Position numbers and translations under genes: made by a program. From positions 7,316,001-7,380,000 of the forward strand of contig CM120649.1 of NCBI GenBank assembly GCA_051362555.1: a stretch of DNA of 64,000 bases, read 5' to 3'. Below the pieces are notes generated by a model. It did not search any database. It was not told the DNA's origin and was given only the letters and a program-made list of their open reading frames with translations. This document shows positions 29,281 to 41,254 of the stretch, piece after piece; within the stretch, counting starts at the first letter, position 1; each line of letters starts with the position of its first letter. Source of the stretch: Lingula anatina. Lineage: Eukaryota; Animalia; Brachiopoda.

Positions 29281-30204
29281 CTCCAAGCAAGCCACAGTTA
29301 ACCGCTGTCTATCTCGCTGCAAACCTTACGGTCAACGGCATTGTTCTTGGGCAATTAATCACACTAGAACAGGGGCGTATTAATCGCTCTTTGTATGGGT
29401 GTATTTTCTCATTCATTCATTCTTTTTCTTTTTCTTTTTATGAGCGGCTTGGAATGTATGTCGGTACATGTGTACCAGCATGCACAACGATTGAACGTGC
29501 CAGAAATGTTTAAAACCACTGCGATTTTCCATGCAGTTATTTTAAGTTTTTTTTTCTTGGTATGGTATTTTGCGGAAGGGGACACTTAAGTAGCATGTGG
29601 CATGACATGTTTAGTTTTGAAATTAGTTGTGATAGCTTGCTTCTTCAGGTAATGATGTGTAATTCATTTGTAAAGCCAAACGCGTCTGTTTCATTTACGA
29701 GCGTCACGCCCGAAGGGAATTGTAACGTTTTTTTCACCATCTCGTGTCTATTCTTATCGTTTTTGGAATATCTAAAGCGAAAAGTGTGAATGTATTTTTA
29801 CAATAATTATCCCAATTGTTACTTTGTCTGTTTTCATCATATCAGGACTTTACCAATTGTGAGTTTTTTTTTTTTTGTTAATTTTAAAATGTCATACGCT
29901 CTTTCACATAGCTTTGTAATTTTTTTATCTTGACTACTGATGTGTTCCAATCATCATTCAACGTAATCATTCTCTATGGCTCGAACTCTCTGACGTCCAG
30001 TTCGGGTGCAATTCTAATCTTGGCAGTTGGCAGTACACATTGTTATCTTTTAATAAGCCTCTGCAACTTTCACTTCCACCCCCCCCCCCCCCCCACACAC
30101 ACACACCTAAAGGTAACAGACAAAAAAAGGTCTCCCCAACCTCCAACTCCAGCCTGCTCTTTTCCCTCTCACTCCCCACCCTCCTCCACCCTTCCTCCCT
30201 GCCA

Positions 30205-30210
<6 letters not shown>

Positions 30211-30242
<32 letters not shown>
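30211..30242. repeat. (CT)n microsatellite ending a pyrimidine-rich tract
   Basis: Read directly from the sequence. Confidence 0.95.
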
Positions 30243-30245
<3 letters not shown>

Positions 30246-33200
30246 CCCCGACCACCCAAACGGGAATTGTTTTTAGTTACAAGTCGTTCAAGTACGAGAT
30301 TACTCCCCTACTTACCTCGATAAACCCCTTGTAATAAAGGATGCAATAAAAGGCATCAAGGTGAGTTAACTTCCATTTCACAGACTGCCCGACAAAACAC
30401 CCCGGGTTCATATAAAGTGTACCCTTTTGCTGTGAGGTCGCTGGACACCAAGCGGCTTAAGTACCAGAAAAGATGAAAGGGGTCATTTTAGGTATACCAC
30501 TATGGTCAATTAATCTTTGATCGAGCTGTGATATTGATACTGAAAATCCTTTCCATTGGAGAGTCACGTAGCATTTTTCTACCCCGTAGAACAGCGGTGA
30601 AGTGAAATGTGGTTGGGGGTTAAGCGGAAAGACTGGACACGAGACCCTAACCCCAATTTTTTTCCACGACAAGACCCGCCACCCTCCCCCTCCCCCCCCC
30701 CCCACCCCCAATCCCAGACCCCACACTGCATTGCAATAGGGCCGTTATTCTTTCTTCCTCTGTACCAACACTCCCATTCAAGAATCCGAAGTCCACTTCT
30801 GGTCAAATCGAAGACCACGGGCCGAACGTAGACTAGCAAAACATTGCCCGTAAAGCCGCTCCTGAAAAAAAATTGATACTCCAACATGAAAAATGTTGTC
30901 GTTCTGACGTAATGGTCTTTTGAAATATTGAGAAAGGAAATTGATAGAATGCCGATAAGCTTAACAATGTGTAACTACTTAGCTAATAGGAAACGGGATT
31001 TCAATTTTTATCGTGAGAGCGATGATATAATACAGCAATAATAACTCTAAGTTAATGGCGAAATCCCAAATCTTGATTTTTTTTTCGTTTTTTAACGATC
31101 TTAAAGACTGGTGGGAACTGCCGTCTGGTAATAAAAAAGGTGGATATCAAGAAACGCTCGTCCAAAAAGCTCGGAGAAGACATTGAAGATTTCAACAAAT
31201 TAGGTTGAAGCGTACTTAATGAATTGGGTTGTTCATTCTAATACTTGCAAATTAAAAAAAAGGCTTATTCAACTTTTCAAAGTTGCAGTCAACAGGGTGC
31301 TATCCTCTTTAATTCAGTAAGCAAGAAGTTACAGGTCAGCGATTTTTTTCCAAATTGTTGGCTCTTTTGAAAGCAGCGTTATAAAAGCGCCATACCTGGC
31401 TGATTTGAATTATCTATTAAAAAAGTGCTTCACATTGCATCCGGATTAACTTTTTTCTCCTTCCTTTATTTCGCTTCTTATTCTTTTCACCTATCTTTTT
31501 TTATCCAATTTGGAGCTGTGCGCTAAGTTAAGGGTAGTGTGCATGCATCTATTCGAATAATTTCCCTAACTGCGTCTTTTGTCAAATAGTTTGTGGAATA
31601 AAAAATCCTTAATTTGTGTGTCTTGCCTTCCAGTGAAATAACAGTCAAATATTTACCAAAGCGCCTAGCGCTACACTTCGTGTATCAAGCCCAAATATGT
31701 CGGAATTAAAGTCAACCCCTCTCTTTGTCAGCTCATCATATTTGTCATTCCAGACACTTAAGAATCACTCAGAGTTCTAAATTGTTGAAGCAACTTATAT
31801 TCCATCCCCCGCCTCGCAGACTTTTTGGCTGTAAGAAGAAATTAGCGCTGGGTAGTCTCTTTAGCAGACTAACAACGCTCAAGACGTCTACTGGACGACG
31901 ACATGCAGGCCTTAGGCGTCTTTAGACTAATATAGCCGCCTTAATGACGTCATATACCTGCTGGGTTTAAAACCTATTAGGCCTACTATTGCTACGAAAG
32001 ATACATTTAATGCTTTATGCTCCAAAGTCAAATTTCGAGAAATCCTAAAAATGACCAGAAGACCCCTGCAAAGTGCAGCGCAGGGCGACGTTATTACATG
32101 TGTGGCATTTCTTTATTCGTTTATTTATTGATTTATTATAAGTATGGTCATTTTTTTTAAATTTTCGCACAAAATATCGAAAAAGTCTTGCCCGAAAAAG
32201 AGAAAAGTTGAAATATATTTAAGCTGAACAAAATATCGCGTTTGTTCGTCCCTTGCTCAAACTTATTCGTAAGCCTACTACAATTGTACATAATGTACAA
32301 ATCGTTTCCGGAAAATACTTCAAATTTCTCCATCCACAATCTTTTCATATTCAAAATTCTATCGGAGTAAAACACGTTCCTCGTAGAAGAAAAATGTATG
32401 GAAAATGACAAAAATCAGCTTTCTTATCTCCTAAATGTGGAACACTTGACCCTAAAAAAGAGGGCTATTACTCGTCTACTTCACATATTTCTGTACATTC
32501 AAGTTAAGGACACGCTGTCGGCGAAGGTTTGTATTCTTTTACTATTATTTGAACCTAAATATCAACCAACGACAACCCGGCTTCCGGACCAGAAATTGAA
32601 TTTGACGAGAAGAATTTAAGCGAAAAATGCACCTTACCAAGCGTTTGACTTAACGGTGAATGGGTAGTTTACGTCTTAGTTGGGAAGGAAAGCCCGTTCA
32701 GGAAAAAGATCCAAAACTGGGGAAGAGGGGAGGGGGGGGGTCATTATTAAAATTGAATTATAGAAACTAGATGAAATGCGGAAAATGACGTTTGCTTCAA
32801 GATGAACATTCACCAAATAGATGGTCACACCAATGCTTTCCGAAATGAATCTGCATGATGTGAAACGTTATGCCACGATACACGAGCCGCACAAAAATGC
32901 CTTCCTCTAGCTATGCACAACTTTTACCTCACTCACTCACTCTCACACTCACTAGTATATTTTTGTCACGCGTGCCATCCACACTAGTAGCTATTTATTA
33001 CATCACTCAAGGTACTTGCGCCACACGTACTTAACAACTGAACCCCAAAACGTTCTCACGAAATATTAGCATTACTTTATTAGACCAATTTCCCGGGCAT
33101 GAACTAAAGTAAAAAGACATTTGTCGAGTCAGAATTTTGGCACAGGCATCAAACTCTACCACTCTGTCAGAAATGGAAACCCGTTGTTCAAATACGCTCA

Positions 33201-35850
33201 GGTTCGTTTCTTTCCCGCCTTACGTCAGAGTGTGTGGCAAATTTGCTCTGCAAAATGTCTTGTATTACGTTGAGATGTACAAATTTTTCACAACAGCTGC
33301 ATGGGTAAAACACTTCACCTGGTTGCCCGTTTTTTTTCTTATCGTTCATTTTTTTTAATGAAAAATAAAAGCATGAAAAAGAACTTTCGGGTAGTTTAAG
33401 CATAGCATTAGCTTATGTTCCAACTAAACCTAAAGAAAAAACAAGATATTTTTTTCTTCTTACCCCCCCTTTCATTTATATTTGTATAATAATAGTACAT
33501 ATACTTAGAGAAACGAATTACAAAAAGGTGTATTAGAATCCATGCCATATCATAGAGTCAGAGAAAAGAGTGAAAATTCGAAAACAATCTTTAGATACTA
33601 GCGCAGGGTTTTATGTAAAGCGAGAAGGAAAAAAACGTGATATTTTTTGTCCCGCTTTGCCTGGCAAGCGAAATGATTAACTAGAACAATTTTACTATAA
33701 TATGTAGGGTACAGGGATTGCACGACCTCTGAGATTTATCTCTTTTTGCTCGTAACGTATTTTTAGGGAAGGAGATAGAGATAAGGCAATGGACGGGCAC
33801 GTGCCAGCATTACCCCCCATCCGCTCTTGATCTGCCATCGCTTGGTCGCCATATATGAGCACGCAATTATTAGAAATTTGCGAGTCTATATCTCTAGAAA
33901 TTTGCTTATCTATATCTCTCATCATGACACCTTAGAATATTTACCCTGATGTGCTTCAAGGAGCTTTAGTTTGGGAGTAGCCTCTCATGTTATCCGCAGC
34001 ATAAAAAAGACAAATCGTTTGAAACTAGACACTTGTATAGGACAACAGGGGTTCTCGTTAACGGCAATCTTTGAAGATTTGAATACAAGTATGCAGTAGC
34101 GAGACACTAAAAGGCTTTTAAGTCCAAAAATCAGCAAAAGGAACATACGCCCTCTATTCTCTTCTTTTTCTCTCTCTCTCTTGTGCTTGTGTGTGTTAGA
34201 CATATTTATATTTTGGCTTTTTTTTGTGGGTGATTTAGGCCTACGAGTAAGCAGCAAATCATATCTGCAATTTCCCTTCATTTTCACGTAGCCTACTTCA
34301 GTGCTGAAACAAGCACTACATGTAGAAGAAAGAATTTAATTCACTTTTTTAAGTGTCATGGCGTTGACATCACTGAATATAACTGAAGCAATATTACTGC
34401 AGCTAAATCATGATGCCAAATAGCAGGCACGACAATATTTCTGGTGCACCTGCTAGCTTCCCCCTGTTGCCCCGGTTGCAGGAGTCATAGATCGATAAAT
34501 ATTTATACTGTTTATTATTGTCACTGACAACCGATAGATACGTGAAATTATGTGGATTCGTTGTAAAAACCAGTAGCATACTCATAACGACACGTAAAAC
34601 ACCCATCGATGAAACGAGTTAACAACACAGTGTGTTAATATACCACACTCCCACCTTAGAGTTGTACAATGTACATACACATTCATCTATATTTGTTGAG
34701 GAAGAAATACACTGTCTCAGTTGGGTAAGGGGTCGGGGATGTTTAAACCCTTGAGGTTACCTCCAGTGTCGACGGTACACATTACATTGTATGACCACAC
34801 AACTATAAACTGATTCCCATTTGCGCAATCACCAATGCCCCAACAATGCCTGAAAATAGTTTCAAATACACCAAAAAGATCGACTTGATGATAAATGGTG
34901 TCGTATTTCGGCCCACATGATCCAGGATTAATTTAATACTCTGGCGATGATTCAGGGCCATTGTTGCGTACACGTATCGAATCTTTCTCTGTCTGGATCG
35001 ACTTTCTTATTAACGCCACTTCGATCATTTCGACTCTTTTTCTGCTTTTTCATTGACTCATAAAAATAATGAACAATAAAAAAGGTACCCCGTTTCGAGT
35101 TAAGTGCACGGGAGAGTATAGGCATCTTTTCAAGAGGGATTTTCATCTCTTATGGAGGATGTCGTTGGCTAATCTCCCCAGGTGAAGTGAACTTCATTAC
35201 AATGCCACTTTATCTTTGAAAAAGTCAGTGTCAATTTGTCAAAATATGAACTGACTGTCGGTATCGCGCTTTTCACACACACCTTTCCGTCAGTGTCTCA
35301 GACGATCCCTTTTCTCCCCCCCCTCTCTCTCTCTCCAATCAAATATTAGCCAAACAGCACGCAGGAAAAGTGCAATGGAAATCAAACGACACGATATCTT
35401 TAAAAATAAATTGACAAAGAATGCAAGATAAGATACGAATTACGTCTTGCATTTCCAAATGTTTCTCCCTCCTCTATAAGCGAACTTGTGACTAATCGCT
35501 CTGTAATTTCCCCTTAATCCCTCCCCTATGTGTAAAATACGTTTTTAATTTCGTACCACCGGAGAGTTTACACAACATCATTTTTTCAAGGTGTTCGATC
35601 AAAACAAATGACGGATTACATTATTCGATGAGATGTTGCCAAGAATATTAGTACCATTAATCATCAGTTTTTCTTTCAACATTTTAAGATCTTTGACCAG
35701 TGCATTTTTGTCAAATGTTTCCAAAGCGAAAACATTTCGCTCAATGTAAAAAAAAAATAATAAAAATAAATAAACACGTTGTCAAGAACGTGCTGCGTGT
35801 CCTTTGAGAGAGAAACCTGTTATTTGTTATAATGTGTGAGAAGAAAATAA

Positions 35851-36065
35851 GGCTGTATTCCCAGAGCTTTCAGATCGATCTATCTCCGCGGGGAGTCTCA
35901 CTAGATCACTGTCAGATAATCCGGCTTAAATGTCCGTCCCGCCTACTACAAGCTGTAAGGGGGTAATTAACTTTCGTGTCCGCTCGGCTGACAGCTATTT
36001 AGCGTGAACCCCCAGGGAGTTAGGTCGATCTAAAGTAGGTCGAACTAATCTCTGGAAATGGGGTC
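35851..36065 (-). mobile_element. PIF/Harbinger (Tourist)-like MITE, copy 2 (inverted relative to copy 1)
   Basis: Shares an exact 34-nt stretch (gatcgacctaactccctgggggttcacgctaaat) and internal homology with 7-254. Flanked by TAA at 35848-35850 and 36066-36068. Confidence 0.75.
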
Positions 36066-36143
36066 TAAGACAGTAAGTGCTCAGTGTGGGTTTTTCTGTA
36101 TTTAGACGCACCCGATGGTCATGAAAAAGACTGTTCAAAATGT

Positions 36144-36310
36144 CACTGTCAAAGAGGTCACCATGAATCCATCCCCTGGGGTCAGCAAGGACCCAACCCG
36201 GAGGCCGGCACAATATTGTCTCAGGGATCAGGTACTCACCCTAGGGGTCAGCACAAACACATCCCAGGGGTCAATAAGTATCTGTCCGTAGGGTCATTAG
36301 GTACCCAATT
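36144..36310. repeat. Decayed ~23-bp tandem repeat (CCnnGGGGTCA core), possibly a CACTA/EnSpm-like element remnant
   Basis: GGGTCA-like cores end at 36184, 36207, 36230, 36250, 36273 and 36296 (spacing 23,23,20,23,23). CACTG at 36144. Confidence 0.55.
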
Positions 36311-36524
36311 GTAAGCACGAGAACGTACCCAGAAAAAGTAGTTGCTCCGCCCACAGATTCAAACATGCCCCGGGAAGAAAGAGACGGACATATTCTTTCC
36401 TTCCTTGGTAACAAGATATTAATCTTTACCCGGGGGAACATTCATCGCGTCCATTAAGTGCACGCACAGAAACACAAACTAACATCCAAGGGCAAGTATA
36501 TGCAAACACACACACGTGCACGCA

Positions 36525-36527
<3 letters not shown>

Positions 36528-36580
<53 letters not shown>
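36528..36580. repeat. (AC)n microsatellite
   Basis: Read directly from the sequence. Confidence 0.97.
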
Positions 36581-36581
<1 letters not shown>

Positions 36582-39500
36582 GCACGTGCATATATACACA
36601 AGCATAACCACATGCAGGCGAGTGCATTTGCGTGCACCCACGTGTTCACACCTGTCGATCACCTGTTTCCTATATATAGATTATCATTTCAATGTCGCCC
36701 AGTGCAAGATACCACGACTTTGCCCCACCCCACATCATTTGACATACACTGATACCGGGCATTGTAAAACTTCAGTATTTTCTTCACTGTACGGTGATAT
36801 GGATTGTTCAAGTCATGGATTTCGAGAACGTTTTATTTTTCATTACTTGGTTTATATCACCACTCTGATCTCTTTATTTATTGTGAACTGATATGCTTTA
36901 TCTTTGCCTTTTGCTTAACCCCAGTTCTTTATTACCCATTTACCCTTCTTCGACGGATAGACAACATCAAAAAATAACCAATTCCCGCGTACAGCGTGCT
37001 ACGTGTACATGCTCCTAATTCGGAACATCTACAACGACAGCAAATTTTACGTCTCTCTGTACCAGAGACTTACAAAATCTGCTGAAGGACAGACTATGGA
37101 ACTGCTTGAACAGTTACGAAGAATGTCCTCTGGTAGACAGTAACGTAACGTAACGTAACCATCAACCGCTGATATAAGGACAGTTCACACGGTTTTTCAA
37201 CTGGGTGTTCCCCAGTGAAGCGCCCTTGTCCTGGGATTAAGTTAAGCACGTGTGACCTCACCTTGTCATTTGTCACCAAGCACAGTTTAAGTTACAACCA
37301 AAATAACAGCGAATAACGGCAAGGGCGGGGAGCACTGGGAACTCCGGAGGTGAGCAATAGCGCTAAGGGAGGGTACGGCGTGGGCGCGCATCCTTCCTCC
37401 GAGGGTCCCGTTTCTCCCTCCCCCCCCCCCCACCTCCACCAAAAAGTATTATGAAAAAATGAAGCAAAATCAAGGGATTTATCACATTGCGCCCTATATA
37501 GTATTGTTAAATATCTACTGTTTAATATTTGCCGAGAAAAACGAGTAAAAAGTTTTTGCCCCTGCGACCCCCCCCTCCACTCCCCCCTTAGCAAAAATTC
37601 GGATCCAGCATTGGTTAAGGGTGGTTTAAGGAACCTCAGCTCACCTTAGCCGGGACAATGTATGGGGGAGCAACGAGGAGTTGACTTTTCCTTTTTGTCG
37701 TAATAGCCCGCGGCGCCGTAATAATGGAAAATGACGACGGCAAACTGACTTTTCGTAGTTAGTTGACATAGGGCGATTGACTTTAGAAAATTCGCTTTTA
37801 AAGAGGTGGGATAGGTTTCATGTTGATGTCGTTCAGTTCATAAACTGGTTGTTTGCTGTTGACGGCGGAGGAAGGCAGCCGGGAGTACATGGACACATTT
37901 ACAATGACAACTTTCGTTATAACTCTATTTGAGGCGACGTGTAGGCGAAAGTTTGAAATGTTCAGATAATTTACTCTTCCTTAACAAGAAATAAGGAAAG
38001 GACTTTCCTAGATTTAATTTCACAAATATGATTCGATGTACGTGATTTGTCAAAAAGTTAAAATATCCCCCGAAGGTAAAAACTATCCGTTTACAAGAAT
38101 GCTGAAAGGATTACGGCTTTTATTCCTACCCCACCCAACATTCCATGACAATAACGAAAACATTTTGGTCAGTTATTAAGTCCAATTTGCACCTGTAGCT
38201 GTTTTTGTTGTTATTATCATTCGTCAGCCAAACTTTTCATTACAATACCTCAGAAATTACAATGGTCTTTTATGCAGAAGTTCTAGTAAGGGCGGTAAAA
38301 ACATTCATCCAACTAACACCTTACATTGCTCTTATTGTTCGTCAGTTCTATTTTTTCATACAGATACATATAGCGGTATACCTATAAAATTACAGTGCTA
38401 ATCTATATAGGAGTGACAATACAGTAGTCTATTTAGAACGTAAAGCGGTATGTCAGTTATTTACAATCAATTATCAAGGATCCAGAAAACAGTTAATTTG
38501 ATACTAGATTAAGCTAGTAAACAAGGCATAGGTAACGTAAACAAACTGCGCCTTTTTTACGATTCTTCAAAAGTACAGCGACAAAGCAGATGATCCGCGT
38601 TCGCAGAGAGTTATAGCTGGTGCACATTGCGAACAGAAAAAGAAAAACGAAAAAGAAAGAAGGAAGACGAAAAAAGGAAAGTTGTTGTAATATACACAAA
38701 GAAATTTAAGGAAAAAATTGTTCGGAAAAGAACCGTCGTAAATTCAAGGTCACTTATCTGACAGATGCGCTCACTGCATTGTCCGCTGCATACCTTGCTT
38801 GCGATTAAATTTACTACAAGATAATCTTGAGGGCCATTTTATTGCCGAGTACGATCACGCCGATAATAAAACGGCACGCCGTGCCAAAGATTACAGTGCT
38901 TCAGACAAGGTACACTTACGACAGAGACGGGCGAACGTGCACGAGGCACGCGCGGAACCGGCAGTCAAACTGATGGGATAATTAAAAGCGACTTCTCAAT
39001 GGCGTAGAATACACCCCCTACCTTTGTTTACTGAATCTAAGAAACTAAATGTACTCTCAACGGTCACTCGGTGCTTGACTCCTGGATGGAATTAGACCGG
39101 GAGTGCTCAAATTGAGTGGATGTGATGTTTATTTTGTTTTTATTTATGAATAAAATAACCCTAGAAATCGAAGAAAAATCGAAAGATAGAGAAACCAAGT
39201 ATGTGAGTGAATGCACAGAGCTGACGAATTCGAACGCCTATACGCACTCTCATATATTTTCAGATGAATAATATGAGAAATTCATAACACACGAGATTTG
39301 CTACTTCAGTGCATCGCTCGTTTGTGCCACTTTGAGATACCTACGCTTGGTGAATTTTTATTTGTTAAAGCCTTACATCCCCCCCCCCCCCCCCCGTATG
39401 TTGCACCAGATACGAAGCTATGGAGGAAACTGCGTTAAATGTATACAGTAAGTAAAAACGAGAACCCTCCCACACGGGGAAGCTGCGTCATTTATTACAC

Positions 39501-39793
39501 TGACCAACAAGTGAAGTAAATACAAATTGTCAACGAAACAAAAGACAACGCAATACTTTCATGCGTTACTTTTTGCTGTCACCGGGTACAAAAGTCACTG
39601 CCTACACAAGAAACACAACAATTAAATGACGTGGAATAATAACAGGACCGAGAACCTTATTGTGGCAGTACTGAATGTCGCGGTTATGAAATGGCTCGAC
39701 GTGCTTTTCCTTTCACGCTCTTGTCAGCGACACGGGGGCTCAAGTTGCTCGTCTTTCAGAAACAAACAACCGGGGTTTGGTAGTGTGACGAAC

Positions 39794-40030
39794 TTTTAAT
39801 TTAGTTTTTGAACACCTTTTTGTTTACTTTTATCGACTCTGATCACAATATTCTCCAATTCATTCGCTTCCTGGGTGCGCCAGAGGTTCAAAAGTGCGCT
39901 GCGTACAACACCCCAGGGCCAGCTTTTGTAACATCGTCCCTTTTTTAATTAGTTTTTGAACAGCTTTTTGTTTACCTTTATCAAAAATACGATCATAATA
40001 TTTTGTGAAGTTTTCAATTTCTAGGTGCGT
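39794..40030. repeat. Diverged direct duplication (~88 bp x2, ~148 bp apart)
   Basis: ttagtttttgaacacctttttgtttacttttatc...gatcacaatatt...ctgggtgcg vs ttagtttttgaacagctttttgtttacctttatc...gatcataatatt...ctaggtgcg. Confidence 0.75.
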
Positions 40031-40705
40031 TCAAATGGGTGGAACAGTTTAAGGGTACACTCGGTGCGATACCCTCGGGCCACTATTTGAAAGACCTTCA
40101 CTTCTTGCACTGGGGAGTGTTTTTTAATGGGCGAAGGAGCCCGGTGGTTGTTGGGGGTGGGGGGAGTTGGGGCTTCCCCCTCTTTTTAGTGCCTTCAGTC
40201 CTAAAGGCAAGGACCACATTAACACACAAACACACTAACGCACAAACACACGCAAATTCACACACGCGTGCGTGCACGCGTTTACTTCCTTCATGTCGTT
40301 TTTTTCATTCAACGTAAACAGACTAAAATGTACTGTACTATTTATGCCTAAAATGTAAATCAAATAGAGTTTTTCTCTCTAACATGACAACTAACATGAC
40401 TCTCTTAAACGCACAGAAAATTCCCCATGTATTCAAAAAGAATACCTTCACCTGGTATATTTGTAATGCAGTTATTTCCTTCCGCGTTGCAACACGTACA
40501 CGATGCACATGTACCCTGCATTCTCGGAAAATCCTCTTCTCTGTACTACTTGTCACAGAGATGGGTGCATGTAGCAATTTCATTGATATATTGAACAGTG
40601 TTCTTCAGGGTGTTATGTGACAGTGCTGTGGGACAGTGAAAGCGGTAACAGGTCGATGTCTTTCCCCTCCTTTTAATTTTACTCCATTTTCTAAACGTCT
40701 ATTAC

Positions 40706-41254
40706 CAGGCCTAACCAACTACCAGACTCGGCACCTAAGGATCCTGAATTAACCGGTATATCGGACCACACTACCCGTTTTCAAGGTGTGTGTCAGATCG
40801 CATTTCGGAGTATCAGTCAGAACACCGACAGGATGAGCCCACGCTCGGCTGTCACCTTGATTGGATAGTAAACGATTGTCGTATTTAATCGCTATATGAT
40901 TTTAAAACCGGGTGCATTAATTTGAAAGCCACCTAGATGAACCTTAGACTGCCACATTAATCTAATATAATGCAAAATAGCCCTATCAAAAGTGGTTAAA
41001 ACATTCAAACCGAATGTCGTAAAGTCCCCATATACCCCCATAGAGACAATGAAATAGAGTACTCTAAAGTAAGAGTACTGTTTCAGGTTGTTCAGTCGAG
41101 CGTGGATGAGCTCGCAGTCGTCCTACAAAATTTGTTCTGGGGTATGATACTCCGAAATACGATCTGAAACACACCTTGAAAACGGGTAGTGTGGTCCGAT
41201 ATACCGGTTAATTCAGGATCCTTAGGTGCCGAGTCTGGTAGTTGGGTAGGCCTG
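40706..41254. mobile_element. Non-autonomous TIR DNA transposon (MITE), 549 bp, 110-bp TIRs, 5-bp TSD; superfamily unassigned
   Basis: 40706-40815 is the reverse complement of 41145-41254 with 3 mismatches. Termini are CAGGCCTA..TAGGCCTG. Direct repeat ATTAC at 40701-40705 and 41255-41259. No credible internal coding sequence. Confidence 0.9.
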
